The notes below the pieces were generated by a model that did not search any database, had not been told where the DNA came from, and saw nothing but the letters and a program-made list of their open reading frames with translations. From the IMG/VR virus record IMGVR_UViG_3300036820_000005, positions 47,057 to 111,056 of that record: a DNA stretch of 64,000 nt; one strand, given 5' to 3'. Of this stretch, positions 17,444 to 27,361 are shown in pieces (within the stretch, counting starts at the first letter, position 1; every line of letters begins with the position of its first letter). Made by a program: the position numbers and the translations under genes. Origin of the DNA: a virus.

Positions 17444-20059
17444 ATGCTGCGGGCAGCCGTCCCGCGGCACACCGGCCAGGTAGCACGGCGCCGCCACTCC
17501 CCGCCTCCCCGGGCCCGGCAGATCATCGGGTACCGCCGCAACGGCATCCCGGTCCGCCGGATAGCCGGCGGATCCGGCCCCACAGTCGTCCAGCACGCTT
17601 CCGGCACCGCCCAGTACACCAGCGGCACCACGGGCACGGTCTCCGCGTCGTTCGGCAGCAGCATGACCGACGGCAACACCATCGTCGCCCTCGCCACGAT
17701 GAACGGGCCGTGCCTCCCCGCCATCAGCTCGGTCACGACCGCCGGGGCGCCGGAGAACTGGGCGCAGGCCGCCATAGACGACTCCGGCCTGTGGTGCGCC
17801 TGGGTGAACAACCCCACCGCAGGCGGCGCCACGACCGTCGACGTGAACCTGACGTTCGACAGTGCGGCGACGACCACCGACGGCGGCTGCGTCCTCCTCG
17901 ACATCTACGAAGTCAGCGGCCTGGCCTCCGGCGAGATCGTCGACCAGACCGCCGACAACGAGTTCGGCACCGAAAACGAAGCCTGGACGAGCGGCGCCAC
18001 CGACACGACCACCTCCCCGTCCGAGATCGCGTTCGGGGTCGTGTTCGCCCAGCCGACCAGCGACAACGAGACCGCCAGCCTGACCGGGCCATCGTCGCCG
18101 TGGACCAACGAGACGCTGCTGTCGTCCAGCTTCCAGGAGGGCGGCACTGGCGCCACCCACCAGGTCAACGTCTACCAGCTGACCGGTTACCAGGTCCTGG
18201 CGTCCGAGCAGGCAGTCACCTACTCCGGTACGGCATCGGTCAATGTCGCCTGGGTGGTCGGCGTCATCACCCTGGTCGGGGCGAGCGGATCCGCCGACTC
18301 CGCGGCCCTGGCCGGCGCCGGAACCCTCGCCACAGGGGCTCGCCTGGAAGCCGACGCAACCCTGGCCGGCGCCGGGACAGTCGGCCCGGCTGACGTGCAC
18401 GAGCAGGCGACAGCGGCCCTGACGGGGGCCGGGACGCTGACCCCGCCTGCCGCGACCCGGGCGACCGCCACGCTGACCGGCGCCGGGACGCTCACGGGCA
18501 GCGGGGTGTCGGGCCTCCCCGGAACCGCCGCCCTGACCGGCGCAGGGACGATCACCGGCAACGCCCAGCAGCGCGCCCCCGCCACCCTGACCGGCGCCGG
18601 AGCGCTGGCCGCGCCGCAGGAATACCAGGACGCTGCCGCCACGCTCGCCGGCGCCGGCACGGTCACCCCCGCCTCCGGTTCCCAGGCCGCCGCGACCCTG
18701 CCCGGCGCCGGCGCGCTGACCCCGCTGTCGCAGGCGCAGTCCGCCGCCACCCTGACCGGCGGTAGCACGCTCACCACAGCGGCCCGCCAGTCGGCCCCCG
18801 CGGCACTCACCGGCTCAGGCGCAGTCGCCACGGCCACCGCCCAGGAGCCCCCCGCCACACTCGCCGGCGCCGGGACGCTGGCCGGTGCAGCCGAGCTCAG
18901 CGCTCCCGCGCCCCTGGCCGGCGGCGGGACGCTCACCCCGGCCGCCAGCGGGCAAACCTCGAGTGTCCTGGCCGGGGCCGGAACGCTGGCCTCGCCCGCC
19001 GCCGGCCAGGCCGCCGCCGCGACCCTGACCGGCCAGGGCCACCTTGCAGTGCCCGCCGGTGCCGGCGCCGGAGCCACCCTGACCGGGGCCAGCCAGCTCA
19101 CCGCGCTGCCATCCGCCGACGCCGCCGGGACGCTGGCCGGGGCCGGGACACTTACCGCCCCGGCCGCCGGCCAGGGTGCAGCCGCGACACTGGCCGGCGG
19201 CGGGACGCTGACCGCACCAGGCACCGCCGGGCAGGCAGCCGCGACAGTGGCCGGCGGCGGGACGCTGACCGCCCCGCAAGCGGCCCAGCTGGCCGGGACG
19301 CAGCTCACCGGCCAGTCGGCGCTCACCGCCGAGGCCGCCGGGCAAGCAGGCGCCGCGCTGACCGGCTCGGGCGCTCTGGCCGCGCCCGGCACCGCAGACC
19401 AGGCCGGGGCCGCCCTCACCGGATCCGCCACGATCGGCACGCCCCTAGCCGGGGAAGACGCCGGGACGACCCTCGCCGGGGCGTCCGGACTGGCCGGGGC
19501 ATCATCCGGAACCTCAGCCGGCCAGCTGGCCGGCGCGGGCACGCTGACCAGCCCCGCGCAGCAGCAAGCCGGAACCGGACTGCAGGGCCGCGGCGCCCTG
19601 ACCGGCGCGGAGATCCTGGCCGGCGCCCCGGCGGCCCTCACCGGCGCAGGGATGCTCGGGGCTGACGCGGGCGCCCGGGCTGGCGCGCAGCTGGCCGGCC
19701 AGGGGCAGCTCACCCAGTACGGCACGATCGCCGCCGGCATGAGCCTGGCCGGCGCCGCCCAGCTCACCGCTGCGGTCACGGAGGCCGCCGCCGCCCAGCT
19801 CGCCGGGCTCGCCCAGATCCAGGGCGGCGGGATCGTCGCCTGGCTGGGAGCCGCCCAGCTCGCCGGCAGCAGCGCCCTGACCGGCGCCGGGACGCAGGGC
19901 GCCGGGGCGGTCCTCGCTGGTGCCGGGGCGCTGGCTGCCTCACCGTCGCCTACCGTGCCGCTGCCACCACTCGGCACGCTCCGGGCCGGGCCGCCCCGCG
20001 GCCAGTGGTCAGCTGACCAGCCCCGCGGCCAGTGGTCGGCCGGGCCGCCGCACGGATAG
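17444..20059 (+). CDS. Fibre-like protein: globular N-domain + ~30 AxLxGxGxL repeats
   Basis: ~19-20 aa periodicity AATLAGAGTLT; N-terminal IIGYRRNG...AGGS segment. Confidence 0.75.
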   Translation: MLRAAVPRHTGQVARRRHSPPPRARQIIGYRRNGIPVRRIAGGSGPTVVQHASGTAQYTSGTTGTVSASFGSSMTDGNTIVALATMNGPCLPAISSVTTAGAPENWAQAAIDDSGLWCAWVNNPTAGGATTVDVNLTFDSAATTTDGGCVLLDIYEVSGLASGEIVDQTADNEFGTENEAWTSGATDTTTSPSEIAFGVVFAQPTSDNETASLTGPSSPWTNETLLSSSFQEGGTGATHQVNVYQLTGYQVLASEQAVTYSGTASVNVAWVVGVITLVGASGSADSAALAGAGTLATGARLEADATLAGAGTVGPADVHEQATAALTGAGTLTPPAATRATATLTGAGTLTGSGVSGLPGTAALTGAGTITGNAQQRAPATLTGAGALAAPQEYQDAAATLAGAGTVTPASGSQAAATLPGAGALTPLSQAQSAATLTGGSTLTTAARQSAPAALTGSGAVATATAQEPPATLAGAGTLAGAAELSAPAPLAGGGTLTPAASGQTSSVLAGAGTLASPAAGQAAAATLTGQGHLAVPAGAGAGATLTGASQLTALPSADAAGTLAGAGTLTAPAAGQGAAATLAGGGTLTAPGTAGQAAATVAGGGTLTAPQAAQLAGTQLTGQSALTAEAAGQAGAALTGSGALAAPGTADQAGAALTGSATIGTPLAGEDAGTTLAGASGLAGASSGTSAGQLAGAGTLTSPAQQQAGTGLQGRGALTGAEILAGAPAALTGAGMLGADAGARAGAQLAGQGQLTQYGTIAAGMSLAGAAQLTAAVTEAAAAQLAGLAQIQGGGIVAWLGAAQLAGSSALTGAGTQGAGAVLAGAGALAASPSPTVPLPPLGTLRAGPPRGQWSADQPRGQWSAGPPHG

Positions 20060-20071
20060 GAGGGACCGCCG

Positions 20072-20779
20072 GTGCAGATACCAGCCACCAGCAGCGCGTG
20101 GGTGTTCATCCCGCTGTACGGGCCGCCGAACACTGACCTGACCCAGTACCCCGTCGTGATCGCGATCGTCGACGAGGACGCGGGCGAACCCGCCACGGGT
20201 GCCTACACGGCGGGCGTGTGGACGTGGAAAGACATCCGGGCGGGCCGGGCAACCGCCGCCCTCCTGGTGTCCTCGGGGACCTACCCGAACGGCGACTACA
20301 TGGCCTACGCGAAGCTGACCGCGTCGGACGGCGAGGCGCCCGTCGTCCAGTCCGGCCGGATCCGCATCGGCGACGGGGTAAGCCCCGCAGGCACGCCCGG
20401 AGCGCCCTCGGCCACCTGGGTCACCTCCGTGAACGGGCAGGCCGGGACCGTCGTCCTGCCAGCCGGGGCAGCGCTCGCGTTCGGCGCCAGCATCCTGGTC
20501 GACGCAGCCGACGTCACAGACCTGGAGGTCACCCTGACCGGCGCGGCGACCCTGCAGAACCCGTCCGGCCTGACCGACTGGCAGATCATCCGGTTCCACG
20601 TCACCCAGGGCACGGGTGCGCCGTGGACGCTGGCGTACGGCTCCATGTACGACTTCGGCGCCGACGGCCCGCCGCAGCTCAGCGTCACGCCCGGCGCCGT
20701 CGACATCGTGGCGTTCCAGTTCGACCCGACCCTGAACGCGCTGTGCTGCTCCGGGTGGAAACTCAGGTTCGGAGGCTGA
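20072..20779 (+). CDS. Two-domain structural protein with fibre-tip-like C-domain
   Basis: C-domain (VTLTG...TQG...P-x-LS-x-x-x-G-x-VD) paralogous to 35448..36071. Confidence 0.7.
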   Translation: MQIPATSSAWVFIPLYGPPNTDLTQYPVVIAIVDEDAGEPATGAYTAGVWTWKDIRAGRATAALLVSSGTYPNGDYMAYAKLTASDGEAPVVQSGRIRIGDGVSPAGTPGAPSATWVTSVNGQAGTVVLPAGAALAFGASILVDAADVTDLEVTLTGAATLQNPSGLTDWQIIRFHVTQGTGAPWTLAYGSMYDFGADGPPQLSVTPGAVDIVAFQFDPTLNALCCSGWKLRFGG

Positions 20780-20806
20780 ATGGACAGCCTCCAGCTGACT
20801 GCCCGG

Positions 20807-21175
20807 TCACCCGTCCTGCGGGTGCCTGCCCTCGGTGTCCAGGAACGCCGACAGCGGCCCGTTGACGATCCCGCGGCCAGGTGCAGGCCATCCGCTGAAG
20901 GGCGGAAACAGGGACGTGACGGCAACCGCGGACCCGGCTGTGAACGGCTGGGCGGGCGCGGAGCTCCAGCCGAACGCCGCATACGGCACGTCGACCTCGA
21001 CCTGCTCGCCTGCCTCGATGCTGACCGGCTCGGCCAGCACGACCCGGCCGTAGCCGCCCCACGGCGGCGGCTCCCCAGGCGCGATGACGCGGATGCACAC
21101 CGTCCCGTCGCAGCGGGTCACCTCAGCCTCAGCGGTGGTCTCGGGCTGCACGCCCATGACCTGGTAGCTCGTCAT
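20807..21175 (-). CDS. Reverse-oriented hypothetical gene (moron)
   Basis: Fills the gap between + genes; TACACT -10 six nt before the ATG. Confidence 0.55.
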   Translation of the reverse strand: MTSYQVMGVQPETTAEAEVTRCDGTVCIRVIAPGEPPPWGGYGRVVLAEPVSIEAGEQVEVDVPYAAFGWSSAPAQPFTAGSAVAVTSLFPPFSGWPAPGRGIVNGPLSAFLDTEGRHPQDG

Positions 21176-21213
21176 GGCGACAGTGTAGGCCCGCAGCCGC
21201 GAAATGGCGGTGG

Positions 21214-24147
21214 GTGCCCGTGACCACCTACCGGCTGATGGACGGCGCCTCTGGCCGTCCCGGCGTGGGCTCGTCGGGCACCCAGCCGCCCTCAGCGGCC
21301 ACGTCGTACAGCGGGGACTACCTCGCAGGGCTCGTCTTCAACGTCTCCCAGGGCGGCCTATGGTTCGAGGGGTACTGGTGGTGGGTGCCCGCGACCGGCG
21401 GCCAGACCGGGGCGCAGGAGTTCGCCCTGTGGCAGGTGGTGTCCGGCGGGGGCGGCGGGTCGGGGACGCTCGTGCCGGGCAGCGTGGTCACGTCCGGGAC
21501 CCTGACCGCGGGGGTATGGAACTTTGTGGCGCTGGCCACTCCGCTGCTGCTGAGCGCGAATATCCCATACGTCGCGGCTACCGGGTTCGTGTGCACGACA
21601 GGTTTCCCGCTCACCCAGAACCAGTTCGGCGCCAGCGACCCCTACGCATCGGGTATCACCAACGGGCCGCTGGTGGCCTACCCGTCGGGCAGCACGCTGA
21701 CAGGCGTGGCCCAGATGCCGTTCTCCGTCGGCGCCTCCGACCCGACGGTTGGCATGCCGAACGAAAATGACCAGGACGACAACCTGTGGATCGACGTCCA
21801 GGTCACCGACATCGCGCCGTCTGGGGCGACATACCGGGCGTGGCCGAACATGCCCGGCGTATGGCCCGAGGTAGTCACCTCCAGCGACACGACCGGCTAC
21901 ACGCTCGGCCTGGCGTTCTCCCTGACGGAACTCTGCCTGCTGAGCAAGATCTGGCACTACTCGCCGCCAGGCGTCGGCATCGCGGCACTGCCGACCCGCT
22001 GCCTGATCTGGGACGTCGCCAGCCAGGCTGCCGTGGCCAGCACTGACAACACGTCTCCGTCGTGGCTGGACCCGGACGGCTCTCCCGCGACGGCCGGCGA
22101 TGGCTGGGTGTACTGCGACTACGCCAGCTCGAACGTAATCCTGAACAACAGCCAGAATTACAAGGTCAGCACGTACCATGCGCCTGGATCCACATGGTTC
22201 GGCGCCACGCCCGGTGTGTACGGCACAGGCGACCTGCAGGCGGCCGGGTTCACCCAGGGTCCGATTAACGTGCCCGGCAACGCCGCGGCGCCGTCACCAG
22301 GCCAGCAGTCCTGGAACGCCGCGTCGTTCGGCTACCCGGCCACGTCGACAGACCCGGAAGCCGACTGGATCGATGTCGAGGTTATCCCGCTCGGTCTCTC
22401 GGTGCTCCAGGCAGCGACCGCCAGCGGGTTCAGCAATGAGGCCACGTTCGGGAACCCGGTCACCGAGGGCAGCTACCTGCTCATCGCATCCAGCGCCTAC
22501 GCATTCGGCAGCACGCCGCCGGATAACACCGACAGCCCGACCCTGGGCGGCACTCCCCCGGCTGGCGCTGCGCAGCTGCAGTACATCCAGAGCCCGACTG
22601 CCGGCGGCGACACCGTAGCCGAAGCCCTCTGGCTGCTGCCGGTCACGGCCGCTATCGCCGGCGCCACTGCCATCGAGTGCCCTTGGAGCGGCGAAGACGG
22701 CTACGCCGGCGTTGTCGCCATCGAGACGTCAGGGTGGGCAGCCGCGCCCGCAGTCGACCAGTCCAGCACCGGCCAGGGGGCCAGCGACACCGTGACCTCC
22801 GGTGACACCGGCGCCACCCTGCAGCAGCCTGAGTTGATCTTTGGCATGTCAATCGGATTCGCGCAAGTGCAGGCGTTCCCGTCCGGCTACGTCAATTACA
22901 ACGGCCAGGGCAGTGGTGCCGACCAGTATTTCGTCGCCGGCTGGACGGCAGCGCTGACTTCCGGCGGCACGTACGCTTACGGCGGTACGGCGGAGTCGTC
23001 AGCGAACTGGGCAGCCGGGATCGTCACCCTTGCCGTCCAGGCCGGATCGTCCGGCGCCGCAACGCTGGCCGGCGCCGGTACGCTCGCGACGGCCGCCGGG
23101 CAGGGCGCGGGAGCATCCCCTCAGGGCGCGGGAACCGTCGCCACGGCCGCAGCCGACCGCGCCGGGGCCGCCCTGGCCGGGGCGGGCACCCTCACGACGC
23201 CTGACTCGGCGCTCCAGGGCGTCGCGTCTCTGACAGGCGCCGGATCGGTCGGTACCGCCGCCACGCTAGAAGCCGGGGCGGCACTCACCGGGAACGGGTC
23301 GGTCGCTGCCCCGGCTGGACAAGACACGGACGGGGCACTCGCCGGATCGGGGCAGCTCGCCGCGCCAGACTCGATCCTGGAACCGGGCGCCTCCCTGACC
23401 GGCGCAGGCTCGCTGGCGGATACCACGGAGCAGGGCGTCGGCGGCCCGCTGACCGGCTCAGGAACGCTCGGCCAGCCGGCCGCTGCCGGGCAGGCTGGGA
23501 GCACCCTCACTGGTTCGGCGACGCTTGCGGCGCCAGCCTCCGCGCAGGCTGCAGCCGCCACCCTGACCGGCGTCGGCACGCTCACCGGTCTGCCTGCCGG
23601 GCAAGGCGGCGCCGACCTGACCGGCGCCGGTCAGGTCGGCGCGCCCGGCTCGGCGCAAGACGCCCCAGCATCCCTGGCAGGATCCGCCACGCTCGCCACG
23701 GCCTCAGCAGAAGCGGCTGGGACCGCACTGGCCGGAGCCGGGAACATGACCGCCCCGCCGGCCGTCCAGGAAGCCGGCGGCACGCTGACCGGTCAGGGCA
23801 CGCTCACAGGCAGCGGCAGCCAGCCATCAGGCGCCTCGGCCGCCTTCGACGGTGCCGGGACGCTGACCGCTGGCCTCGCTGAACAAGCCCCCGCCGCGCT
23901 CACCGGCGCCGGTACCCTCACGGCACCGGTCGCACCGCCTGGTGCTGCCGGCCTGCAAGGCGCCGGGGCTCTCACCGCCCCGTCCGCCGGGCTGCCCGCC
24001 CTCAGCCTGGCCGGCGCCGGGACACTCGCCCAGGCAGCTACGCAATCCGCGGCCGCCGTTCTGGCCGGCGCTGGCCAGCTTGCCGGGACACCAGCCGGAC
24101 AGGGTCAGACCGGGACGTCCGGCCTGCTGATGGCCGGGTTCCCGTGA
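21214..24147 (+). CDS. Fibre-like protein: two DUF4082-like domains + beta domain + AGAGTL repeats
   Basis: GLVF...WWW...GVWNFVALATP...WIDV unit present twice; C-terminal repeat tract. Confidence 0.75.
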   Translation: MPVTTYRLMDGASGRPGVGSSGTQPPSAATSYSGDYLAGLVFNVSQGGLWFEGYWWWVPATGGQTGAQEFALWQVVSGGGGGSGTLVPGSVVTSGTLTAGVWNFVALATPLLLSANIPYVAATGFVCTTGFPLTQNQFGASDPYASGITNGPLVAYPSGSTLTGVAQMPFSVGASDPTVGMPNENDQDDNLWIDVQVTDIAPSGATYRAWPNMPGVWPEVVTSSDTTGYTLGLAFSLTELCLLSKIWHYSPPGVGIAALPTRCLIWDVASQAAVASTDNTSPSWLDPDGSPATAGDGWVYCDYASSNVILNNSQNYKVSTYHAPGSTWFGATPGVYGTGDLQAAGFTQGPINVPGNAAAPSPGQQSWNAASFGYPATSTDPEADWIDVEVIPLGLSVLQAATASGFSNEATFGNPVTEGSYLLIASSAYAFGSTPPDNTDSPTLGGTPPAGAAQLQYIQSPTAGGDTVAEALWLLPVTAAIAGATAIECPWSGEDGYAGVVAIETSGWAAAPAVDQSSTGQGASDTVTSGDTGATLQQPELIFGMSIGFAQVQAFPSGYVNYNGQGSGADQYFVAGWTAALTSGGTYAYGGTAESSANWAAGIVTLAVQAGSSGAATLAGAGTLATAAGQGAGASPQGAGTVATAAADRAGAALAGAGTLTTPDSALQGVASLTGAGSVGTAATLEAGAALTGNGSVAAPAGQDTDGALAGSGQLAAPDSILEPGASLTGAGSLADTTEQGVGGPLTGSGTLGQPAAAGQAGSTLTGSATLAAPASAQAAAATLTGVGTLTGLPAGQGGADLTGAGQVGAPGSAQDAPASLAGSATLATASAEAAGTALAGAGNMTAPPAVQEAGGTLTGQGTLTGSGSQPSGASAAFDGAGTLTAGLAEQAPAALTGAGTLTAPVAPPGAAGLQGAGALTAPSAGLPALSLAGAGTLAQAATQSAAAVLAGAGQLAGTPAGQGQTGTSGLLMAGFP

Positions 24148-24247
24148 CCACGCCGGACGTTTCTACGTTTCCGGTCCGCTGGTAGCCGGGCCGCGTTATC
24201 CTGCTCGCCCATACGCGCGCAAAAGCGGAAAAGGGGAGGGGCAGGAC

Positions 24248-24772
24248 ATGAGAATGACGATCATCGAGGGCAGCCCGGAAGAACTCGCCGAATACCAGGC
24301 CCGATCCGGCGGCGACATCGAGAAGCTCACCGCCGAAGCGTACGAGGAGGCGATGACGATCAGGTCGCACATCTTCCGCAAGGCCAGGACTCCCGTCACC
24401 GGCGGCCTGGTCGACAGCTACGTCACCCGGATGCGGATCCTCGGCGGGATCGTCCCAGTGCGCGGCACATCCCACCAGCACGAAGACGGCTACGGCCCGA
24501 ACGTGCTCCTCTACGCCGAGGGGCCGCGCAGCCTGGGTGCTGCCGCGGACGCACACCCGGAGAAAGGCACGGTCGACTTCCGGCTATCACCGGATGACGT
24601 CGGGGACATCGACGACCCTGCGATGAAGGTCTACCCGAACCGGAAGCTGAGCCTGCTGCCTGTGTCCTGCCGCCTGGCTAGCCCGGAGGATGTAGAACTC
24701 GCGGTCAGCTTGACCCAGCGCGCCCTGGATAAGGTCCGCCGGGAACGCGGCGAGCGGGCCGCCGCCCATTAG
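24248..24772 (+). CDS. Hypothetical protein (moron-like, occupying the usual TerS position)
   Basis: GGAGG/AGGA RBS; upstream TATCCT; no TerS features recognised. Confidence 0.7.
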   Translation: MRMTIIEGSPEELAEYQARSGGDIEKLTAEAYEEAMTIRSHIFRKARTPVTGGLVDSYVTRMRILGGIVPVRGTSHQHEDGYGPNVLLYAEGPRSLGAAADAHPEKGTVDFRLSPDDVGDIDDPAMKVYPNRKLSLLPVSCRLASPEDVELAVSLTQRALDKVRRERGERAAAH

Positions 24773-24797
24773 CCTGCCCGCCTTGGCCTAGCTCCCG

Positions 24798-24826
24798 CTG
24801 CCACTGCCCGTCTCAGCATCGCGCCC
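24798..24826 (+). promoter_or_regulatory. Putative late promoter CTGCCAC-N9-CAGCAT
   Basis: Motif copy upstream of terL. Confidence 0.7.
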
Positions 24827-24834
24827 ATGACGGG

Positions 24835-26367
24835 GTGGCAGTGGTAGCGGTCAGCGCGTGGGAGTATGCGGCCCGCCAGTTCGAGCCGAAACCCCGCACG
24901 TACGTTTCCCCGCTCGCGCTCGCAAAGCACCTCGACCCGCGGACCGGGACCAGCGCGGCGCTGAGGCTCATCGACCAGGCCCTCGTCGCCCTAGCCGACG
25001 GCGACACCCCCGAGAACGCCCTCCTGGTCACGATCCCGCCGCAGGAGGCCAAGAGCACGACCATCGTGCGCCGGTTCCCCGAATGGCTGCTCGACAACGA
25101 CCCAGCCTGCCGGATCGCCATCGCCAGCTACGAGCTCGACACTGCCGTCCGGTGGGGCCGCGACATCCGCCAGGACATCCAGCAGTCCGACGGGAAGCTC
25201 GACATCCCGTTCCGCCCCGACGCCACCGCGATGGCCAGGTGGGAGACACCCCAGGGCGGCGGCGTCTACTGTGTCGGCGTCGGCGGCCCGCTGACCGGCC
25301 GCGCCGTCGACGTGCTCCTGGTCGACGACCCCGTCAAGGACCGCGCCGAGGCCGAATCGGCGAAGATCCGGCAGAACATCTGGGACTGGTGGGAGTCCGT
25401 CGCCCTGACCCGCCTCGCACCCGGCGCCCGCACGGTGCTCGTCATGACCCGCTGGCACGAGGACGACCTGGCCGGCCGGATCCTGTCCCGGCCAAGCCCG
25501 CTGAAATGGCGGGTCCTGAAGATCCCCGCCATCGCCGAAGCCGCCGACCCGCTCGGCCGCCGGCCAGGCGAGGAACTGGTCTCGGTCCGCGGCCGGGAAG
25601 CCGGCTACTTCCTGAACCTCCGCGCGACGATGAGCCCGTACACGTTCTCCTCGATCTACCAGCAGTCCCCCACCGCGGCGGAAGGGAACTTCTTCCGCAG
25701 GGCCACGTTCAGGTACTGGCGGCCGGCCGTGTCGTGGTCGGACGGCCGGGTCCGCCTCGACCTCGAAGGCCGCATCGTCACCCTGCCGGACTGCTGGCGG
25801 TTCGGCACCGTCGACGTCGCCGCCAGCGTCAAGACCAGCGCCGACTACACGGTCATCAGCATGTGGGCGGTGTCGCCGGACGGAGACCTGATCCTCCTCG
25901 ACCGGGCCCGCCAGCAGGTCGCGGAACACGACCACTTCGCCCTCGCCCAGGGCCTGTTCGACTCGTGGGGGGAATGCCAGCTGTACGTCGAGCGGCATTT
26001 CTTCGCCACCACCCTGGTAACTGACGCGCAGGCCGCCAACATCCCCGTTGCCGAGGTCGTCGCCGACACCGACAAGGTCACGCGCGCCATCCCCGCCGCC
26101 GGCCGGGTCCACGCGGGCCGGGTGTGGTTCCCCGCAGAGGCGTCCTGGCTGGACGAGTGGACCGACGAGCTGGCCTCCTTCCCGAACGGCACGCACGACG
26201 ACCAGGTCGACACGCTCTCCTACGCGGCCAGGGTCCAGTCGGCCGAATGGACGCCGCCGCGGCCGCCGCCCCGGCCAGGCGTCGACCCGCACGAACGGGC
26301 CATCAACATCGCCGCACGCTCGGCGACAGGCGAAGACGGGTTCGACCCGATGACCGCCCAATGGTAA
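24835..26367 (+). CDS. terL: Terminase large subunit
   Basis: Walker A-like PPQEAKST, Walker B LLVDDP, MTRWH, nuclease D...HDDQVD. Confidence 0.95.
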   Translation: MAVVAVSAWEYAARQFEPKPRTYVSPLALAKHLDPRTGTSAALRLIDQALVALADGDTPENALLVTIPPQEAKSTTIVRRFPEWLLDNDPACRIAIASYELDTAVRWGRDIRQDIQQSDGKLDIPFRPDATAMARWETPQGGGVYCVGVGGPLTGRAVDVLLVDDPVKDRAEAESAKIRQNIWDWWESVALTRLAPGARTVLVMTRWHEDDLAGRILSRPSPLKWRVLKIPAIAEAADPLGRRPGEELVSVRGREAGYFLNLRATMSPYTFSSIYQQSPTAAEGNFFRRATFRYWRPAVSWSDGRVRLDLEGRIVTLPDCWRFGTVDVAASVKTSADYTVISMWAVSPDGDLILLDRARQQVAEHDHFALAQGLFDSWGECQLYVERHFFATTLVTDAQAANIPVAEVVADTDKVTRAIPAAGRVHAGRVWFPAEASWLDEWTDELASFPNGTHDDQVDTLSYAARVQSAEWTPPRPPPRPGVDPHERAINIAARSATGEDGFDPMTAQW

Positions 26368-26374
26368 ACCGCGC

Positions 26375-26468
26375 CTGACCTGCGAAAATGCCGCGTCTTT
26401 GTGCTGCCCGATCTTGTCACGCTCTACACTCCATCGATATTATTTATACATAAGCAAAAAACATCCAG
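26375..26468 (+). promoter_or_regulatory. AT-rich promoter module P1
   Basis: CTGACCTGCGAAAA; TTGTCA(26414)-N18-TATTAT(26438). Confidence 0.85.
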
Positions 26469-26483
26469 GCGAGGGAGCGCGAA

Positions 26484-26897
26484 ATGGCCAGCAAGCCCGT
26501 ATGGGAGATGACCCCCCGGCAGGCGATCAAGTACTGGGCAGGCCAGTGGACGAAGCTGACCGGGCGGGCAGCCAGCGACAACCCGGCGATCGCCGAAGAC
26601 GCCAAGCTGGCCCTCATCGAGGTCGAGGCGTCCCTGACCGACCTGAACGCTGTCCGCGACGGTGACAGCTGGAAGCTCGGCCCCATCGACCGGGCTACGT
26701 TCCTCCCCGCCATCCGCAGCCACGCGCTCGCCCACTACGAGGAGGGCTGGGACATGGTGATCGAGACCATGACCGACGTCGAGATCCTCGTGGAGATCAA
26801 GTGGTGCGAGAGCCCGGCCGGTGCCATCCGCAAGCTCGGCGAGGGCGTCCGGATCCGCCACTCCGTCTACCTCGACATCTGCGCGACCGCGTTCTGA
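26484..26897 (+). CDS. Phage protein, paralog of 41034..41369
   Basis: HALAHYEEGWD...EI...AI-x-K; GGGAG RBS. Confidence 0.75.
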   Translation: MASKPVWEMTPRQAIKYWAGQWTKLTGRAASDNPAIAEDAKLALIEVEASLTDLNAVRDGDSWKLGPIDRATFLPAIRSHALAHYEEGWDMVIETMTDVEILVEIKWCESPAGAIRKLGEGVRIRHSVYLDICATAF

Positions 26898-26906
26898 CCG
26901 ACCACA

Positions 26907-26952
26907 GCCCGGCAGGCAGGCAGCCCCCGTTCAAGCCGGGGCCGGGCACGCA
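26907..26952 (+). ncRNA. Mini-tRNA-like element R1
   Basis: GCCCGG...CCCCG-TTCAAGC-CGGGG-CCGGGC-ACGCA. Confidence 0.7.
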
Positions 26953-26981
26953 GGAACCAACCCCGAACCGAGGAGGACAGC

Positions 26982-27302
26982 ATGACCGCCGCCATCGACT
27001 TCCACCAGTGGCATTCGGCAGGTACCGACGAGCCCCGCGACCAAGAGCGCGACCTGCACGGTCCGTACTTCGCGGGGATCGGCCCGGACCACCCGGAGGG
27101 CTGGAGCTGGACGATCTCCGAGTCCGCCACGTCGGAGGACATGGCACAGGGCAACGCGCCCGACGAGACCGCCGCCAAGCAGGCCGTCGACGAGTGGGAG
27201 CGCGGCCTGGTGACCTTCGGCAACGGACAGGTGGTCCATGTGCCCGACCCGATCTGCCGCGCCCAGGGCTACTGCCCGACCGTCCGCCGTTGCAGCTGCT
27301 AG
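26982..27302 (+). CDS. Hypothetical protein
   Basis: GAGGAGGA RBS. Confidence 0.7.
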   Translation: MTAAIDFHQWHSAGTDEPRDQERDLHGPYFAGIGPDHPEGWSWTISESATSEDMAQGNAPDETAAKQAVDEWERGLVTFGNGQVVHVPDPICRAQGYCPTVRRCSC

Positions 27303-27316
27303 CCCCGCTCCACTGA

Positions 27317-27361
27317 GCCCGGCTGGAAGCCAGAGCGGTTCGAGGCCGCTCCGGGCACGCA
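27317..27361 (+). ncRNA. Mini-tRNA-like element R2
   Basis: GCCCGG-CTGGAAGCCAG-AGCGG-TTCGAGG-CCGCT-CCGGGC-ACGCA. Confidence 0.75.

Noticed and set aside
18290-19940. Gly/Ala repeats as PE_PGRS or collagen
   Set aside because: No PE domain and no G-x-x triplet period; the period is ~19-20 aa
18220-20196. 658-aa minus-strand ORF (also 24991..26361, 48282..51008, 53394..55757, 57553..59190)
   Set aside because: Antisense shadows of well-supported + strand genes, expected in high-GC DNA; no motifs or RBS
20780-21223. Plus-strand 147-aa ORF
   Set aside because: Arg/Pro-rich and no RBS; the minus-strand ORF has better composition and a -10 element
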